From: a virus
Lineage: Duplodnaviria; Heunggongvirae; Uroviricota; Caudoviricetes
Reading direction: 5' to 3' (one strand)
Length of the DNA: 64,000 nucleotides
IMG/VR virus record: IMGVR_UViG_3300010938_000017
The position numbers and the translations under genes are program-made. Positions 1 to 8,894 of the stretch are shown piece after piece; positions within the stretch are counted from its first letter, which is position 1; each line of letters begins with the position of its first letter. The notes below the pieces were generated by a model, which was given only the letters and a program-made list of their open reading frames with translations, ran no database searches and was not told the DNA's origin.

Positions 1-419
1 CATTTTAAACTTTCTATAGCTCTAATCGCTGAACTAGATATATGAGTAAGTTTTCTATCAGAGATAATATAAAAAACTGGTATATCTAATCCTAAATCTT
101 CGTTCCAATATTGTTGTGTTTTTTCATATTCAAGGTCAGAACCGTTTCGTAGACCTTTAATAACTGCTACTGGTCTTAAAGGGCCGTTTTTTAAAGATTC
201 CACAAAATCAACAAACAAACCATCAAACTTCATCACATTTACGTAAGGTGATGTTATAGAATTTTTCAAAGCGATAAAAGACTTATTATCTAATTTCTTA
301 TTTGGGTTTGTTCCTTGTGCAATTATAACTCTATCAAAAATACAAATCGCTTTAGTAATTACATCCTGATGACCTTTATGCCAAGGATTAAAGCTGCCTG
401 GATATACTGCTATTCTCAT
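1..419 (-). CDS. CoaD-like (phosphopantetheine adenylyltransferase family) nucleotidyltransferase, 3'-truncated by the window edge
   Basis: Minus-strand translation from the ATG at 417-419 reads MRIAVYPGSFNPWHKGHQDVITKA...VIKGLRNGSDLEYE...ISSSAIRAI. This matches the (H/T)xGH and ISSS motifs and the overall pattern of E. coli CoaD. The ORF continues past position 1. Confidence 0.6.
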   Translation of the reverse strand, partial: MRIAVYPGSFNPWHKGHQDVITKAICIFDRVIIAQGTNPNKKLDNKSFIALKNSITSPYVNVMKFDGLFVDFVESLKNGPLRPVAVIKGLRNGSDLEYEKTQQYWNEDLGLDIPVFYIISDRKLTHISSSAIRAIESLK

Positions 420-766
420 AGATATTCCATAAGTAAAATAATCGTTAACCCGTGTAACAGTTGGTCAAGACCTATTGTAGTATAAAACAAATGATCTTCC
501 CAGTATTTCCAATTTTCTTTAGTGGCATTTTTATTTCTAAAATAAACAGAAGCCGTATATACATTCCATATAAAGTTATCAATTATTGCATGAATAAAAG
601 CGTTACAAGCTGAAAATTCAACTCCAAAGGGTAAAAAACATAGAAATATGATACTAGTATGTAGCGCCAGGTATTTTAAAGAAGAAGATTTTCTTTGTCC
701 CATGGTTCGAGACTGAAGAATAAAATCTGCAATAAAATGAGTTATAAACGCTAGAGCTAGTTTCAT
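416..766 (-). CDS. small hydrophobic (multi-TM) protein
   Basis: The 116-aa ORF has several hydrophobic segments. Its stop overlaps the start of the CoaD-like gene in an ATGA arrangement. Confidence 0.4.
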   Translation of the reverse strand: MKLALAFITHFIADFILQSRTMGQRKSSSLKYLALHTSIIFLCFLPFGVEFSACNAFIHAIIDNFIWNVYTASVYFRNKNATKENWKYWEDHLFYTTIGLDQLLHGLTIILLMEYL

Positions 767-1137
767 TCAGTCTTAACCCATTGCTCCACTTCAACTTTTT
801 TCTTTTGGACTTCATAAACTTCTCCACCTTCCCATTCGGTACCAAAATACGAAGCATAGTAAACTGCGTCACATTTTACATAAAAAGGTTCTTTACCATC
901 ATCAAGTTTAAGAACAACATGGTAGGCACTTCTTTCATTTTCATCACCTTCTTGTTCTACTTTTTCAATCTTAAATCCGGCTTTATGTAGTTTATGAAGA
1001 TCTCCTGATGTCGGATCTTCGTAATCATAATATTCAGGGCTAGTTCCTTTTTCTACAACTTCTTCACGAATCAGTTCGATAGCTTCTTTCTTATCCATTG
1101 TTTTCTCCTTTCGTGTGTATTCCTGTTTTATCACCAT
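763..1137 (-). CDS. hypothetical acidic protein
   Basis: 124-aa ORF, Glu/Asp/Lys-rich, in tight tandem with its neighbours. Confidence 0.45.
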   Translation of the reverse strand: MVIKQEYTRKEKTMDKKEAIELIREEVVEKGTSPEYYDYEDPTSGDLHKLHKAGFKIEKVEQEGDENERSAYHVVLKLDDGKEPFYVKCDAVYYASYFGTEWEGGEVYEVQKKKVEVEQWVKTE

Positions 1138-2107
1138 TACGATATTTTTCTCTTAATACAAATATTTCATCATAGAACCATTGTGGAAATCCACCATTAT
1201 CTTTAATTTTTTTCTTAGCCTCTACCCAACGCTTTTCAATCTCATTGAAATGATTACGACCAAACTGAACTATATAATCAGCTTCACCGATCAAACCTTT
1301 AAGATTTACATGCTTGAGTAGCAGGTATGTGGGCATAGCTTCATTATTATTGTAGAACATAGGAACAAGACGATGATTGATGCCGCGCTCTACCATCTGG
1401 GGAATAAACCATCGTTCAAGGGCTAATACTAATGATTCTTCCATCATCAGATCGATCTTTTGTTCGTGCGACAACTTATTGAACAGTTCCTGAGCGACTG
1501 CAACATCACCAGAAGTAATCCTGATATAGGTAGGTAAAGTAATACCGACAAGATCTGCAACCAATTCATGGAGACGATCATGGGCAATATATTCAGGAAT
1601 CGTGGCGATCTTAGTTTCTTTCAAAGAATTCTTATGGAAAAACTCATACTTATTTTTATCGGAATTAGCCACTCGCTCTTGAGTTTCCTTTAACCTATCA
1701 CGATAAAGCTTAGTGTTTCGAGCTAATGAAGTGACTGTCTTTTCAATCAGTTCACGATCATACTTGTGTTTCCACTCATGAATACACTCAGCCGTTGCAC
1801 ACTTCATGTCATAAAGCGTCTGTAAGTCTGGAGTAACACATACACCAAAAGGAGTTTCAGCTACGTAATTATAAGACTTATTCCAGATTGTATAGTCATT
1901 GTCAGTAAATTTAGCCATAGGCTTAACTTCTACAATGGTTCCCTTGATATCAAACAAAGATGCTCCTGGTGTTTCCTTTACCAAAAACTCTTTATTCTTT
2001 TGAGTAAACCTTGCAAACTCATTGTCTGACATCCAGATATCGTAATCATGGATAATACGATTCAATGGAATAAATAATTCCAAGGCCTTAGAACCTACAA
2101 GCAGCAC
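1091..2107 (-). CDS. Pol-beta superfamily nucleotidyltransferase-fold protein
   Basis: 338 aa. The N-terminus LLVGSKALELFIPLNRIIHDYDIWM fits the minimal NTase signature h-G-S-x(9-14)-D-x-D. The remainder is helical with no recognisable second domain. Confidence 0.55.
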   Translation of the reverse strand: MLLVGSKALELFIPLNRIIHDYDIWMSDNEFARFTQKNKEFLVKETPGASLFDIKGTIVEVKPMAKFTDNDYTIWNKSYNYVAETPFGVCVTPDLQTLYDMKCATAECIHEWKHKYDRELIEKTVTSLARNTKLYRDRLKETQERVANSDKNKYEFFHKNSLKETKIATIPEYIAHDRLHELVADLVGITLPTYIRITSGDVAVAQELFNKLSHEQKIDLMMEESLVLALERWFIPQMVERGINHRLVPMFYNNNEAMPTYLLLKHVNLKGLIGEADYIVQFGRNHFNEIEKRWVEAKKKIKDNGGFPQWFYDEIFVLREKYRNGDKTGIHTKGENNG

Positions 2108-2122
2108 AACTCCCCCTAGAGT

Positions 2123-2359
2123 TTAGCAGTTACTATCGTAATAGTCATTTTCATCTGATTCAACTTCATCTAACCAATTAACTAAAATATCTTGCATACC
2201 ATCAAGAAGTTTTTCATCTTCTGAAGTTTCAATGATAGACCGAGATGCTTTAAGTATTTTAATTACGTCCGAACGTGTCTCTTTTTCAAGAACTTCCTTA
2301 AATAAGTTTTTAACCGAACTTTGTTTCTCTTGTAGACTCATTTTTATCTCCTTTATCAA
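2123..2359 (-). CDS. hypothetical small acidic protein
   Basis: 78-aa ORF with an acidic C-terminus (DEVESDENDYYDSNC). Confidence 0.4.
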   Translation of the reverse strand: MIKEIKMSLQEKQSSVKNLFKEVLEKETRSDVIKILKASRSIIETSEDEKLLDGMQDILVNWLDEVESDENDYYDSNC

Positions 2360-2610
2360 TTATATATTCAGTTTATTCTTTTTACAAATGTTTTCTTTAG
2401 CAGTTAAATACTGTAAATTCCAAGGAACATGTAAACCACTAACGGTTTTTCCTCTTAATGGAACAATATGATCTACATGATACCCTTTAGGACCGTTATG
2501 ATAGATTTCCTGCATTTCTTTGATATGTTCCTTAGTAAGCCATTTTGGAACAGCTTTTCTTTTAGCAATTTTATATGATCTCGACCAATATCGTTTTTTA
2601 CCAATAAGTC

Positions 2611-3144
2611 TTATTTTCTAACATATTGAACATGTAAATGCTCACCCTTACCAACATCATGACAAACCGAAGTCCATTTGTATCCGTTAGTGTTATTATA
2701 TACGGTATTAAGCATATTTACAAGTTCATTAATCTGAGTTGTATCAAAAGTAGACGAACGTAAGTCAAAGGCTTGCCAGAATTGATGTGGTGACTTAAAA
2801 GGCTTTTCCTTGTACTTAGGATCATCCTTATATATTTCTGCCTGTTCAGCATCTGTTCGATAGATCATAGTGACAGTAATGTTCTTACCCCATTTGTGGT
2901 AAGCATACATTTGACATTCTAATATGATATCCTGAAGATGACGATTTTTCTCATATAAATCCTTATATTCCTGATTTATACGTGGGGTTTTAAACAGAAT
3001 TTGAGGTAGCGGAGGTACTTGAACCTCAGGTTCCATTCCCTTCTTCGGTGGCTCCACTGGGGAGTCTCCTGCACTTTTTACAAACCATGTAAGAATTACC
3101 TTCATTATCTCTAAAAGTCCACGCATGAATCTCTCCTCTTTCAT
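2611..3144 (-). CDS. peptidase M15-like protein, candidate endolysin (L-Ala-D-Glu peptidase type)
   Basis: 177 aa. The spacing H..D (YAYHKWG...TDAEQAE) and the C-terminal [13 protein letters not shown] resemble the Zn-binding H-x6-D...ExxH/GGHxE pattern of T5-type M15 endolysins. The N-terminal hydrophobic stretch may be a signal-anchor. Confidence 0.45.
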   Translation of the reverse strand: MKEERFMRGLLEIMKVILTWFVKSAGDSPVEPPKKGMEPEVQVPPLPQILFKTPRINQEYKDLYEKNRHLQDIILECQMYAYHKWGKNITVTMIYRTDAEQAEIYKDDPKYKEKPFKSPHQFWQAFDLRSSTFDTTQINELVNMLNTVYNNTNGYKWTSVCHDVGKGEHLHVQYVRK

Positions 3145-3262
3145 TACACGCTATATCATTGCGTATATTATCTCTCTTATATGTATTACTTAATACACTA
3201 ATTAATACAATAAATCCTACAAATAGTAAAACTGTGCCCATTTGTGTATTATGGCTTAACAT
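3026..3262 (-). CDS. small single-TM protein with C-terminal CxxC pair, possible holin-like
   Basis: 78-aa ORF containing the TM segment GTVLLFVGFIVLISVLS. It overlaps the 5' end of the M15 peptidase gene; the true start is uncertain. Confidence 0.25.
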   Translation of the reverse strand: MLSHNTQMGTVLLFVGFIVLISVLSNTYKRDNIRNDIACNERGEIHAWTFRDNEGNSYMVCKKCRRLPSGATEEGNGT

Positions 3263-3283
3263 ACATATTAGGTCAAGGGTTTA

Positions 3284-3303
3284 AAGTTAACAACTGTATT
3301 TGA
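3284..3303 (+). promoter_or_regulatory. 20-bp element AAGTTAACAACTGTATTTGA (copy 1), about 30 nt upstream of the first plus-strand structural gene
   Basis: It is an exact 20-mer match to positions 15258-15277. Both copies sit immediately upstream of plus-strand genes and contain a TTAACA -35-like hexamer. Confidence 0.5.
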
Positions 3304-3333
3304 AGCCTTAATCTTCATTTATAGGGGTTTATC

Positions 3334-3810
3334 TTGCCTAAAGTACTTATAGTTAACAATATCCCATATAATTACCCAACTAGTGGTGATGAGCCTGGAT
3401 GGGGTGGAGACGCCACAGGATGGGCTACAGGAGTTACAAATGCATTGAATGACTTGTTAGGTCCAAATGATATTTTGGAAACAGCGTTCAATGTAGCGAA
3501 TAACCAAGCAAGCTTTGCTGATGTTACTGGTCTTATTTTTAATGCCGCATCTGTTAGAGCCGCTGATATCTCATATTCTATTTTTCGTATTTCAACCGCC
3601 AATCCCTCTGGATTTACCGAAAAGGGAACAATTCAGATTGTCTACGATAATAACGTTGGATGGTCTATTAATCAAGGTAATATCCTTGGTTCGTCAGGTG
3701 TGACGTTTTCAGTAACCACTGGTGGTCAAATACAATACCAATCTACTGACATTGGTTCCTTGAATTATATCGGAACTATGAAATTTAGAGCTAAAACTCT
3801 CCAGCAATAA
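3334..3810 (+). CDS. putative virion/tail-fibre-associated protein (TTG start)
   Basis: 158-aa ORF with an AGGGG Shine-Dalgarno 8 nt upstream of the TTG. It is Gly/Asn/Thr-rich like fibre proteins and is the first gene of the plus-strand structural block. Confidence 0.4.
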   Translation: MPKVLIVNNIPYNYPTSGDEPGWGGDATGWATGVTNALNDLLGPNDILETAFNVANNQASFADVTGLIFNAASVRAADISYSIFRISTANPSGFTEKGTIQIVYDNNVGWSINQGNILGSSGVTFSVTTGGQIQYQSTDIGSLNYIGTMKFRAKTLQQ

Positions 3811-3819
3811 GGAATTTAA

Positions 3820-5577
3820 ATGAATCTTTGGGGAATAATTAAAGGCCTATTGGTTCAGGACGAGACTGACAGATCGAAAGAAATGTCACTCGAAGTAGAT
3901 CCTGCTGCCACAACTGCCACACGTACTACACTTAAAGCTGCTCAAACAGCTAATCGTACTCTTTCATTACCAGATGCTACTGATACTCTAGTAGGTAAAG
4001 CTACTACTGATGTTTTGACTAATAAAAGTTTTGACGCCGATGGCGCTGGCAATAATCTGTCAAACGTGGATGACAGTAATATTAAGGCCCTTGCCGGAAT
4101 TGATGCCTCCAAGTTAGCCGATGGTTCTGTTTCAAATGCAGAATACCAATTTATTAATTCTTTAAATTCAAATGCACAAGATCAACTCGATCAAAATGCT
4201 CTGGATATTGCTAATCATATTAGTGACGCCTCTGACGCTCACGATGCATCGGCTATATCAAGCGTTCCAAGTGGTAATTTAGCTGCAACTGACGTACAAG
4301 GCGCATTAGATGAATTACAGTCTGATTTAGATAGTCGTGCTACAACCGCTTCAAATATTGGTACCGGCGCAGGAGAAGTTTTTAAACAAAAAACCGGTTC
4401 TACTCTTGAACTGCGAACGATTAAAGCTGGAACAAATATTACGGTTACTAATAACGCTGACGATATTACAATTGACGCTTCTGGTGGCGGTGGTGGTGAA
4501 GTTAATACCGCATCCAATGTTGGAGCAGGAGTTGGCGTATTCAAACAAAAGACCGGCGTTGATCTTGAATTTAAGTCTTTAACTAACGGTACAAATATAT
4601 CTATTACTGGAAACGCTAATGATGTCAGTATTGCTACTAGTGCAGAAGCCAATACTGCGTCAAATGTGGGAACTGGTGAAGGTACAATTTTTAAACAAAA
4701 AACTGGAGTTGATCTTGAGTTTAAAAGTTTAAAACAAGGGACTAATGTAACATTGACAAATAACGCAGATGACGTAACAATTGCCGTTGCTTCAACTCCT
4801 ACTACTGGTAGTTTTGCTAACGTAGGGTTAGCTGGACGCAATAATACTGCAACGCCGAATACACAATATGATTTTTCTGCAACAAGTGTCACTTTAAGAA
4901 ATAGTTCAAACGAAACTGTTACGGTTTTTAATACGGGAACTGTTACAAATGATATAAATGTTTCGGGTCCAACCGCTAATGGTCGGGATTCAGCAGTGGC
5001 TCCGAGCAATCAATGGCGACATCTTTATTGGATTTGGAATGGAAGTACGTTAGCAACCATAAATAGTACAGTTGCTCCTCCAACTGGCCCAACTTTACCA
5101 AGTGGTTATACACATTGGTGTTATATTGGCGCTCTTTATTTTTCATCTGCATATTATCGTTCGATACTACAAGGCTCCTGGGTATATTCTGGTAATATCT
5201 CAGATTTTAATTTAGGAACATTAACCGCCACTTCTCCAACAAATCATTCATTAAATGCCGTTGTGCCACCTAATGCATTAAGTTATGGTATTAATTATCT
5301 TGGAATCATTACTTCAACTGCTGGCGGGTTAGTTGAAATGCGTCTAAATGTTTATGATCCAATAGTTACTGCCAATATTATATATCAGATGGATGGACTT
5401 TTGAGTGGGCTTGCTGCGAGTAGTTTAACATATCCATTTACGGGACAGGCAACGCTACCGGCTGTGCTTAGTGGCGGCGATGTGGTTTTTAGATATGCGT
5501 TGTTAGTTTCGTCAGGAACAACCCCCGGAATTGGTGTTAAAATTTCTGGATACCAAATCCCGAATAGTGCTGAATAA
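3820..5577 (+). CDS. tail fibre protein with tandem beta-repeat modules
   Basis: 585 aa. Three tandem copies of the motif N(V/I)G(T/A)G.G..FKQKTG..LE(L/F)(K/R)(S/T)(L/I)K.GTN(I/V)..T.NA(D/N)D(V/I)(T/S)I are present. The composition is Thr/Asn/Gly-rich, typical of fibres. Confidence 0.65.
   Translation: MNLWGIIKGLLVQDETDRSKEMSLEVDPAATTATRTTLKAAQTANRTLSLPDATDTLVGKATTDVLTNKSFDADGAGNNLSNVDDSNIKALAGIDASKLADGSVSNAEYQFINSLNSNAQDQLDQNALDIANHISDASDAHDASAISSVPSGNLAATDVQGALDELQSDLDSRATTASNIGTGAGEVFKQKTGSTLELRTIKAGTNITVTNNADDITIDASGGGGGEVNTASNVGAGVGVFKQKTGVDLEFKSLTNGTNISITGNANDVSIATSAEANTASNVGTGEGTIFKQKTGVDLEFKSLKQGTNVTLTNNADDVTIAVASTPTTGSFANVGLAGRNNTATPNTQYDFSATSVTLRNSSNETVTVFNTGTVTNDINVSGPTANGRDSAVAPSNQWRHLYWIWNGSTLATINSTVAPPTGPTLPSGYTHWCYIGALYFSSAYYRSILQGSWVYSGNISDFNLGTLTATSPTNHSLNAVVPPNALSYGINYLGIITSTAGGLVEMRLNVYDPIVTANIIYQMDGLLSGLAASSLTYPFTGQATLPAVLSGGDVVFRYALLVSSGTTPGIGVKISGYQIPNSAE
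4348..4800 (+). repeat. three tandem in-frame repeats (162, 147 and about 147 nt) inside the tail fibre gene
   Basis: Repeat starts were read at 4348, 4510 and 4657 (ASN(I/V)G(T/A)G...). Confidence 0.7.
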
Positions 5578-5605
5578 TTTAAATTGAAATAATAGGAGAT
5601 AAAAA

Positions 5606-7057
5606 ATGGGTGATATCGGAAATATGCCTCAGTTTGTTAACCGAAAGATTGAAACCCTTGAGAATAAGGATTTTGATGGTGGTAAAGCATCTAACCAAAG
5701 TCGGTTAAGCTTACCTAAAGGTTCAACCGCTGAACTTGCTGCACTTCAACGTAAAGTTGGTTTGCTTGCTTGGGATACGACTCTTGGTATGCTCGTAGTT
5801 GATAGTGGGGCTGGTTTTGCTCCTGCAGGTGGTGGAGGAGGCGGTGCTGTTGGTGCTGCTGGTGCTATTCAACTTAGTGATGGTGCTGGTGGTTTTACTG
5901 CCGAAGCTGGTATTAGTGCCGGTGGTGGAGCAATGTCTGTCACTGGCGGATCAAGTCAAAATTCCTTTAGATCCTTCTCTTCTGCTTCTGTAAATGAATT
6001 ATTTTTCGGTCGTGCTGCTGCCTTTGGTGAATGTTTTGTTATTACTCACTGGCCTGATGCTGCTATACCATATACCGATTTACATCAATATAGCGGTCCT
6101 AGTGATCATTTAACACTTACTAGAGATGGTAATGTTGGTATTGGTTCATCTACTCCAAACGGTAGATTAGCTATATATAATGCTCAAGATGGTTCTGGTG
6201 ATACTAATCCTGCAATTGCCATACGCAATCAACTTCAACCTAATGATTTCGGTTTTGATATTATGCATAAGACCGTCACTACTGGAGATCTATTAATTAA
6301 TAGAATTTCTAGTGGTGTTTCATCTGAAGCAATGCGTATTCGTCGGGATATTAATCAAATACAAATTGGTCAACCTGATATTTTTGCAACTGGTGATCCA
6401 TCTATTTTAATGGTTTCCGGTGATTCTAACACTAATATTCTTACAGTTAGATCTAATGCCGGTGGTGCTGAAGGCGGATTTTCCATGGGTTCAACACCAA
6501 CCTACGGATTTATTCAAGGAACTCGTTCGGATTTAGCAAACGTAGCTGATTTAAAAATAAATAATCAGGGCGGGGATTTGTATTTAGGTAACTCAGCAGC
6601 GGCAGTAATTATTAATGGTAGAGTTAGTGCTCCAGATCTACTTAAAATTCGTTTTACTAAAGATGATAACCAAGTTATTCCAAATGCGGTTAGTACGTTT
6701 CAATTAGTTGAACTCAATGATTCATATTATGATAACTCTTCAGGTGCCTTCGTTAATGGAGTATTTACGGTTCCGACTGGTGGTTCTGGTTACTATCAAA
6801 TATCTATGAATTTAACTATGGAATCAACTGGTACTGGAGCATGGTTGTCTACTATTCAAATGAATGGTACTGAAGTTTGTCGTGGGGGACGTAATAACGT
6901 TACCGGAACTGTTACGACTGGTTCTTCACTTTCTACAATTTTACAACTAGCCGATGGCGACGTTGTTGAATTTGGAGTATTTAATGAAACGGGCGCAAAT
7001 ATCCAAACAGAAGCGTTTGGTCCTTCAAATACAGTATCTATTGCAAGAATGGTTTAA
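5606..7057 (+). CDS. second tail fibre-like protein with Gly-rich N-terminal region
   Basis: 483 aa. It carries the tract GGGGGGAVGAAGAIQLSDGAGGFTAEAGISAGGG and a beta-rich C-terminus, with a good Shine-Dalgarno (AGGAGA). Confidence 0.55.
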   Translation: MGDIGNMPQFVNRKIETLENKDFDGGKASNQSRLSLPKGSTAELAALQRKVGLLAWDTTLGMLVVDSGAGFAPAGGGGGGAVGAAGAIQLSDGAGGFTAEAGISAGGGAMSVTGGSSQNSFRSFSSASVNELFFGRAAAFGECFVITHWPDAAIPYTDLHQYSGPSDHLTLTRDGNVGIGSSTPNGRLAIYNAQDGSGDTNPAIAIRNQLQPNDFGFDIMHKTVTTGDLLINRISSGVSSEAMRIRRDINQIQIGQPDIFATGDPSILMVSGDSNTNILTVRSNAGGAEGGFSMGSTPTYGFIQGTRSDLANVADLKINNQGGDLYLGNSAAAVIINGRVSAPDLLKIRFTKDDNQVIPNAVSTFQLVELNDSYYDNSSGAFVNGVFTVPTGGSGYYQISMNLTMESTGTGAWLSTIQMNGTEVCRGGRNNVTGTVTTGSSLSTILQLADGDVVEFGVFNETGANIQTEAFGPSNTVSIARMV

Positions 7058-7062
7058 AATAA

Positions 7063-7470
7063 GTGAACCGTAGTAAGTTAGATCCTAATCATATTACTCA
7101 GTTGGTTTACGATGAAGAGGCTTCAGCCTATAAGGTGAAGCTTCAAGATACCGAGATTAATCTACGACTGAATAAAAAAGAGGATCACTTAACAGCACAT
7201 CCTGCTCAACTTACTATTAGTGCAATTGGATGCGATCTTGGTGATGATCATAAAGAAGTTATTCCCGCAATTGATTGTTCGTCACTGAGACAGGTTAGAG
7301 TTGATATAGAAGGCCATGGGACAGTAAGAATCCTGGCTAGTCCTAATGATACCGGCGATTATTTTTACTATGTTGGTGTTAACGGATTAATTCATGATAT
7401 CTGTGCTCGTAGACTTAAAGTAGAATCGTTGTCAGTTATTGGCAATGTACACCTTGTTGGACGTTCATAA
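7063..7470 (+). CDS. hypothetical protein (GTG start), possible fibre chaperone
   Basis: The 135-aa ORF has no internal Met, so a non-ATG start is required. It lies directly after the fibre gene. Confidence 0.4.
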   Translation: MNRSKLDPNHITQLVYDEEASAYKVKLQDTEINLRLNKKEDHLTAHPAQLTISAIGCDLGDDHKEVIPAIDCSSLRQVRVDIEGHGTVRILASPNDTGDYFYYVGVNGLIHDICARRLKVESLSVIGNVHLVGRS

Positions 7471-7661
7471 TGGCTCGTTTACTGATTGGTAAAGGAATTA
7501 AGATTGAAGTTCCCCTTGGTGAAGTAAAAGAAACTGAGATTGAAGACGTTAGCCTTCAAGTTCAACTTGATCGTGTTAACAAACAACTTAAACTTCAAAA
7601 GATTTTAAATATTGTTATGTGTTTTGTACTTGGATTAACCCTATCTTTACATTTGTTATAA
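7470..7661 (+). CDS. hypothetical small protein
   Basis: 63-aa ORF, start-stop coupled (TAATG) to the upstream gene, with a hydrophobic C-terminus. Confidence 0.3.
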   Translation: MARLLIGKGIKIEVPLGEVKETEIEDVSLQVQLDRVNKQLKLQKILNIVMCFVLGLTLSLHLL

Positions 7662-7671
7662 GGAGAATGTA

Positions 7672-7878
7672 ATGAAAAAAGAAAAAGACAAAAAACCATC
7701 GAGCAAGTCTAAAGGTAAAATGGCTGCTCTTAAAGGTTTGCATAAAATGGCTTCCGAAATGATGGGAGCGGATATGGCTAACATGAAAAAAGTGTCAGTC
7801 ATAGCTAAAGATAAAAAAGGTTTAAAAAAGGGCCTTAATAAAGCCAAACAAATGCTTGGTGACGAAGAAGAGTGCTAA
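7672..7878 (+). CDS. Lys-rich small basic protein
   Basis: 68 aa, about 30% Lys (MKKEKDKKPSSKSKGK...), with an AGGAGA Shine-Dalgarno. Confidence 0.4.
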   Translation: MKKEKDKKPSSKSKGKMAALKGLHKMASEMMGADMANMKKVSVIAKDKKGLKKGLNKAKQMLGDEEEC

Positions 7879-7934
7879 TATAGCGAGTTCGTTATAAAGC
7901 GATTTTATAATAGAAACGTTATATTGGAGTTCTA

Positions 7935-8885
7935 ATGAGAATCACTACTGCTACAGTTTTAATTGATGGTGTCAAACGCAGGGCTGCAATTCCAGAGAAC
8001 CAGGCTACTTTTGAGTCTGCTGATTTTCTTGCTTTTGCTGATGAGGAAATGCTACTTGGCGTTGTTCCTGGCATCATGTCTTTACACGAAGATTATTTCT
8101 TATTTGAGATAGAGGTACCTCTTGAAGCGGGTAAAACTGCCTATGAGATTCCATCTAGAGCTATTGGAAATAAGCTTAGAGATCTTCAATATAAACCGAA
8201 TGACAGCACATTTATTGAAATGACTCGAACTAGCATTGGTGAGCGTTTCTCTGATGATGATTTACTTAATGATATCCACCGTTATTATGTAAAAAATAAT
8301 AAAGTGGTTGTCAGTTCTGCCATTAGTACCGGAGCATCAGGATCTTTGTGTTTTGTATTTTACATAAAGCCTTCACAAATGGTTCTAGAAGAACGAATCG
8401 GTGTTATTCGGGGTATTAATGACCTAAATAACGGTAAGACTGAAATCGTTGTTAATGAATTACCTGAGAATTTTAGCACAAGTATCCTGTATGATGTATA
8501 TAAGGCTGAATCTCCAAGTACGATTCTAGAAATTGACATGACGCCTTTAACGATCAATACACTCGCTCGATCTGTTACTTTTAATACGGTAGATATTCCC
8601 GCAGAGTTACGAGTTGGAGATCATTTAGCTCAAGCCGGTGAGTCCACAATTCCCCAAATTCCTAATGAATTTCATGCAATGCTTGAACAAATGATTGCTT
8701 GTCGTGTTTTAGAGGCCCAAGGGGACTCACAGGGACTTCAAAATGCTTTACTAAAGCTAAAGCAAATGGAAACTGCCGGAGGAACACTAATCGATAATCG
8801 TGTCGATGATTCTCCACAGAAAATAGTTGCCCGACATGGACCACTTCGTTCTGGACTTTCCAGACGATCTGTTCGGCGCTGGTAA
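7935..8885 (+). CDS. virion structural protein (baseplate/tail-associated candidate)
   Basis: 316-aa ORF in the structural operon with a Shine-Dalgarno (TGGAG). Confidence 0.5.
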   Translation: MRITTATVLIDGVKRRAAIPENQATFESADFLAFADEEMLLGVVPGIMSLHEDYFLFEIEVPLEAGKTAYEIPSRAIGNKLRDLQYKPNDSTFIEMTRTSIGERFSDDDLLNDIHRYYVKNNKVVVSSAISTGASGSLCFVFYIKPSQMVLEERIGVIRGINDLNNGKTEIVVNELPENFSTSILYDVYKAESPSTILEIDMTPLTINTLARSVTFNTVDIPAELRVGDHLAQAGESTIPQIPNEFHAMLEQMIACRVLEAQGDSQGLQNALLKLKQMETAGGTLIDNRVDDSPQKIVARHGPLRSGLSRRSVRRW

Positions 8886-8894
8886 AGGTAAATA

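Noticed and set aside
1-419. Calling the first ORF an NMN adenylyltransferase that completes an NAD pathway
   Set aside because: The HxGH motif (FNPWHKGH) is NMNAT-like, but the rest (GLRNGSDLEYE, ISSS) matches CoaD much better. It is kept as CoaD-like with an NMNAT role noted only as speculation.
4239-5009. 256-aa minus-strand ORF antisense to the tail fibre gene
   Set aside because: It lies entirely inside the well-supported plus-strand fibre gene. Its open frame is an artefact of the repetitive, low-stop-codon composition.
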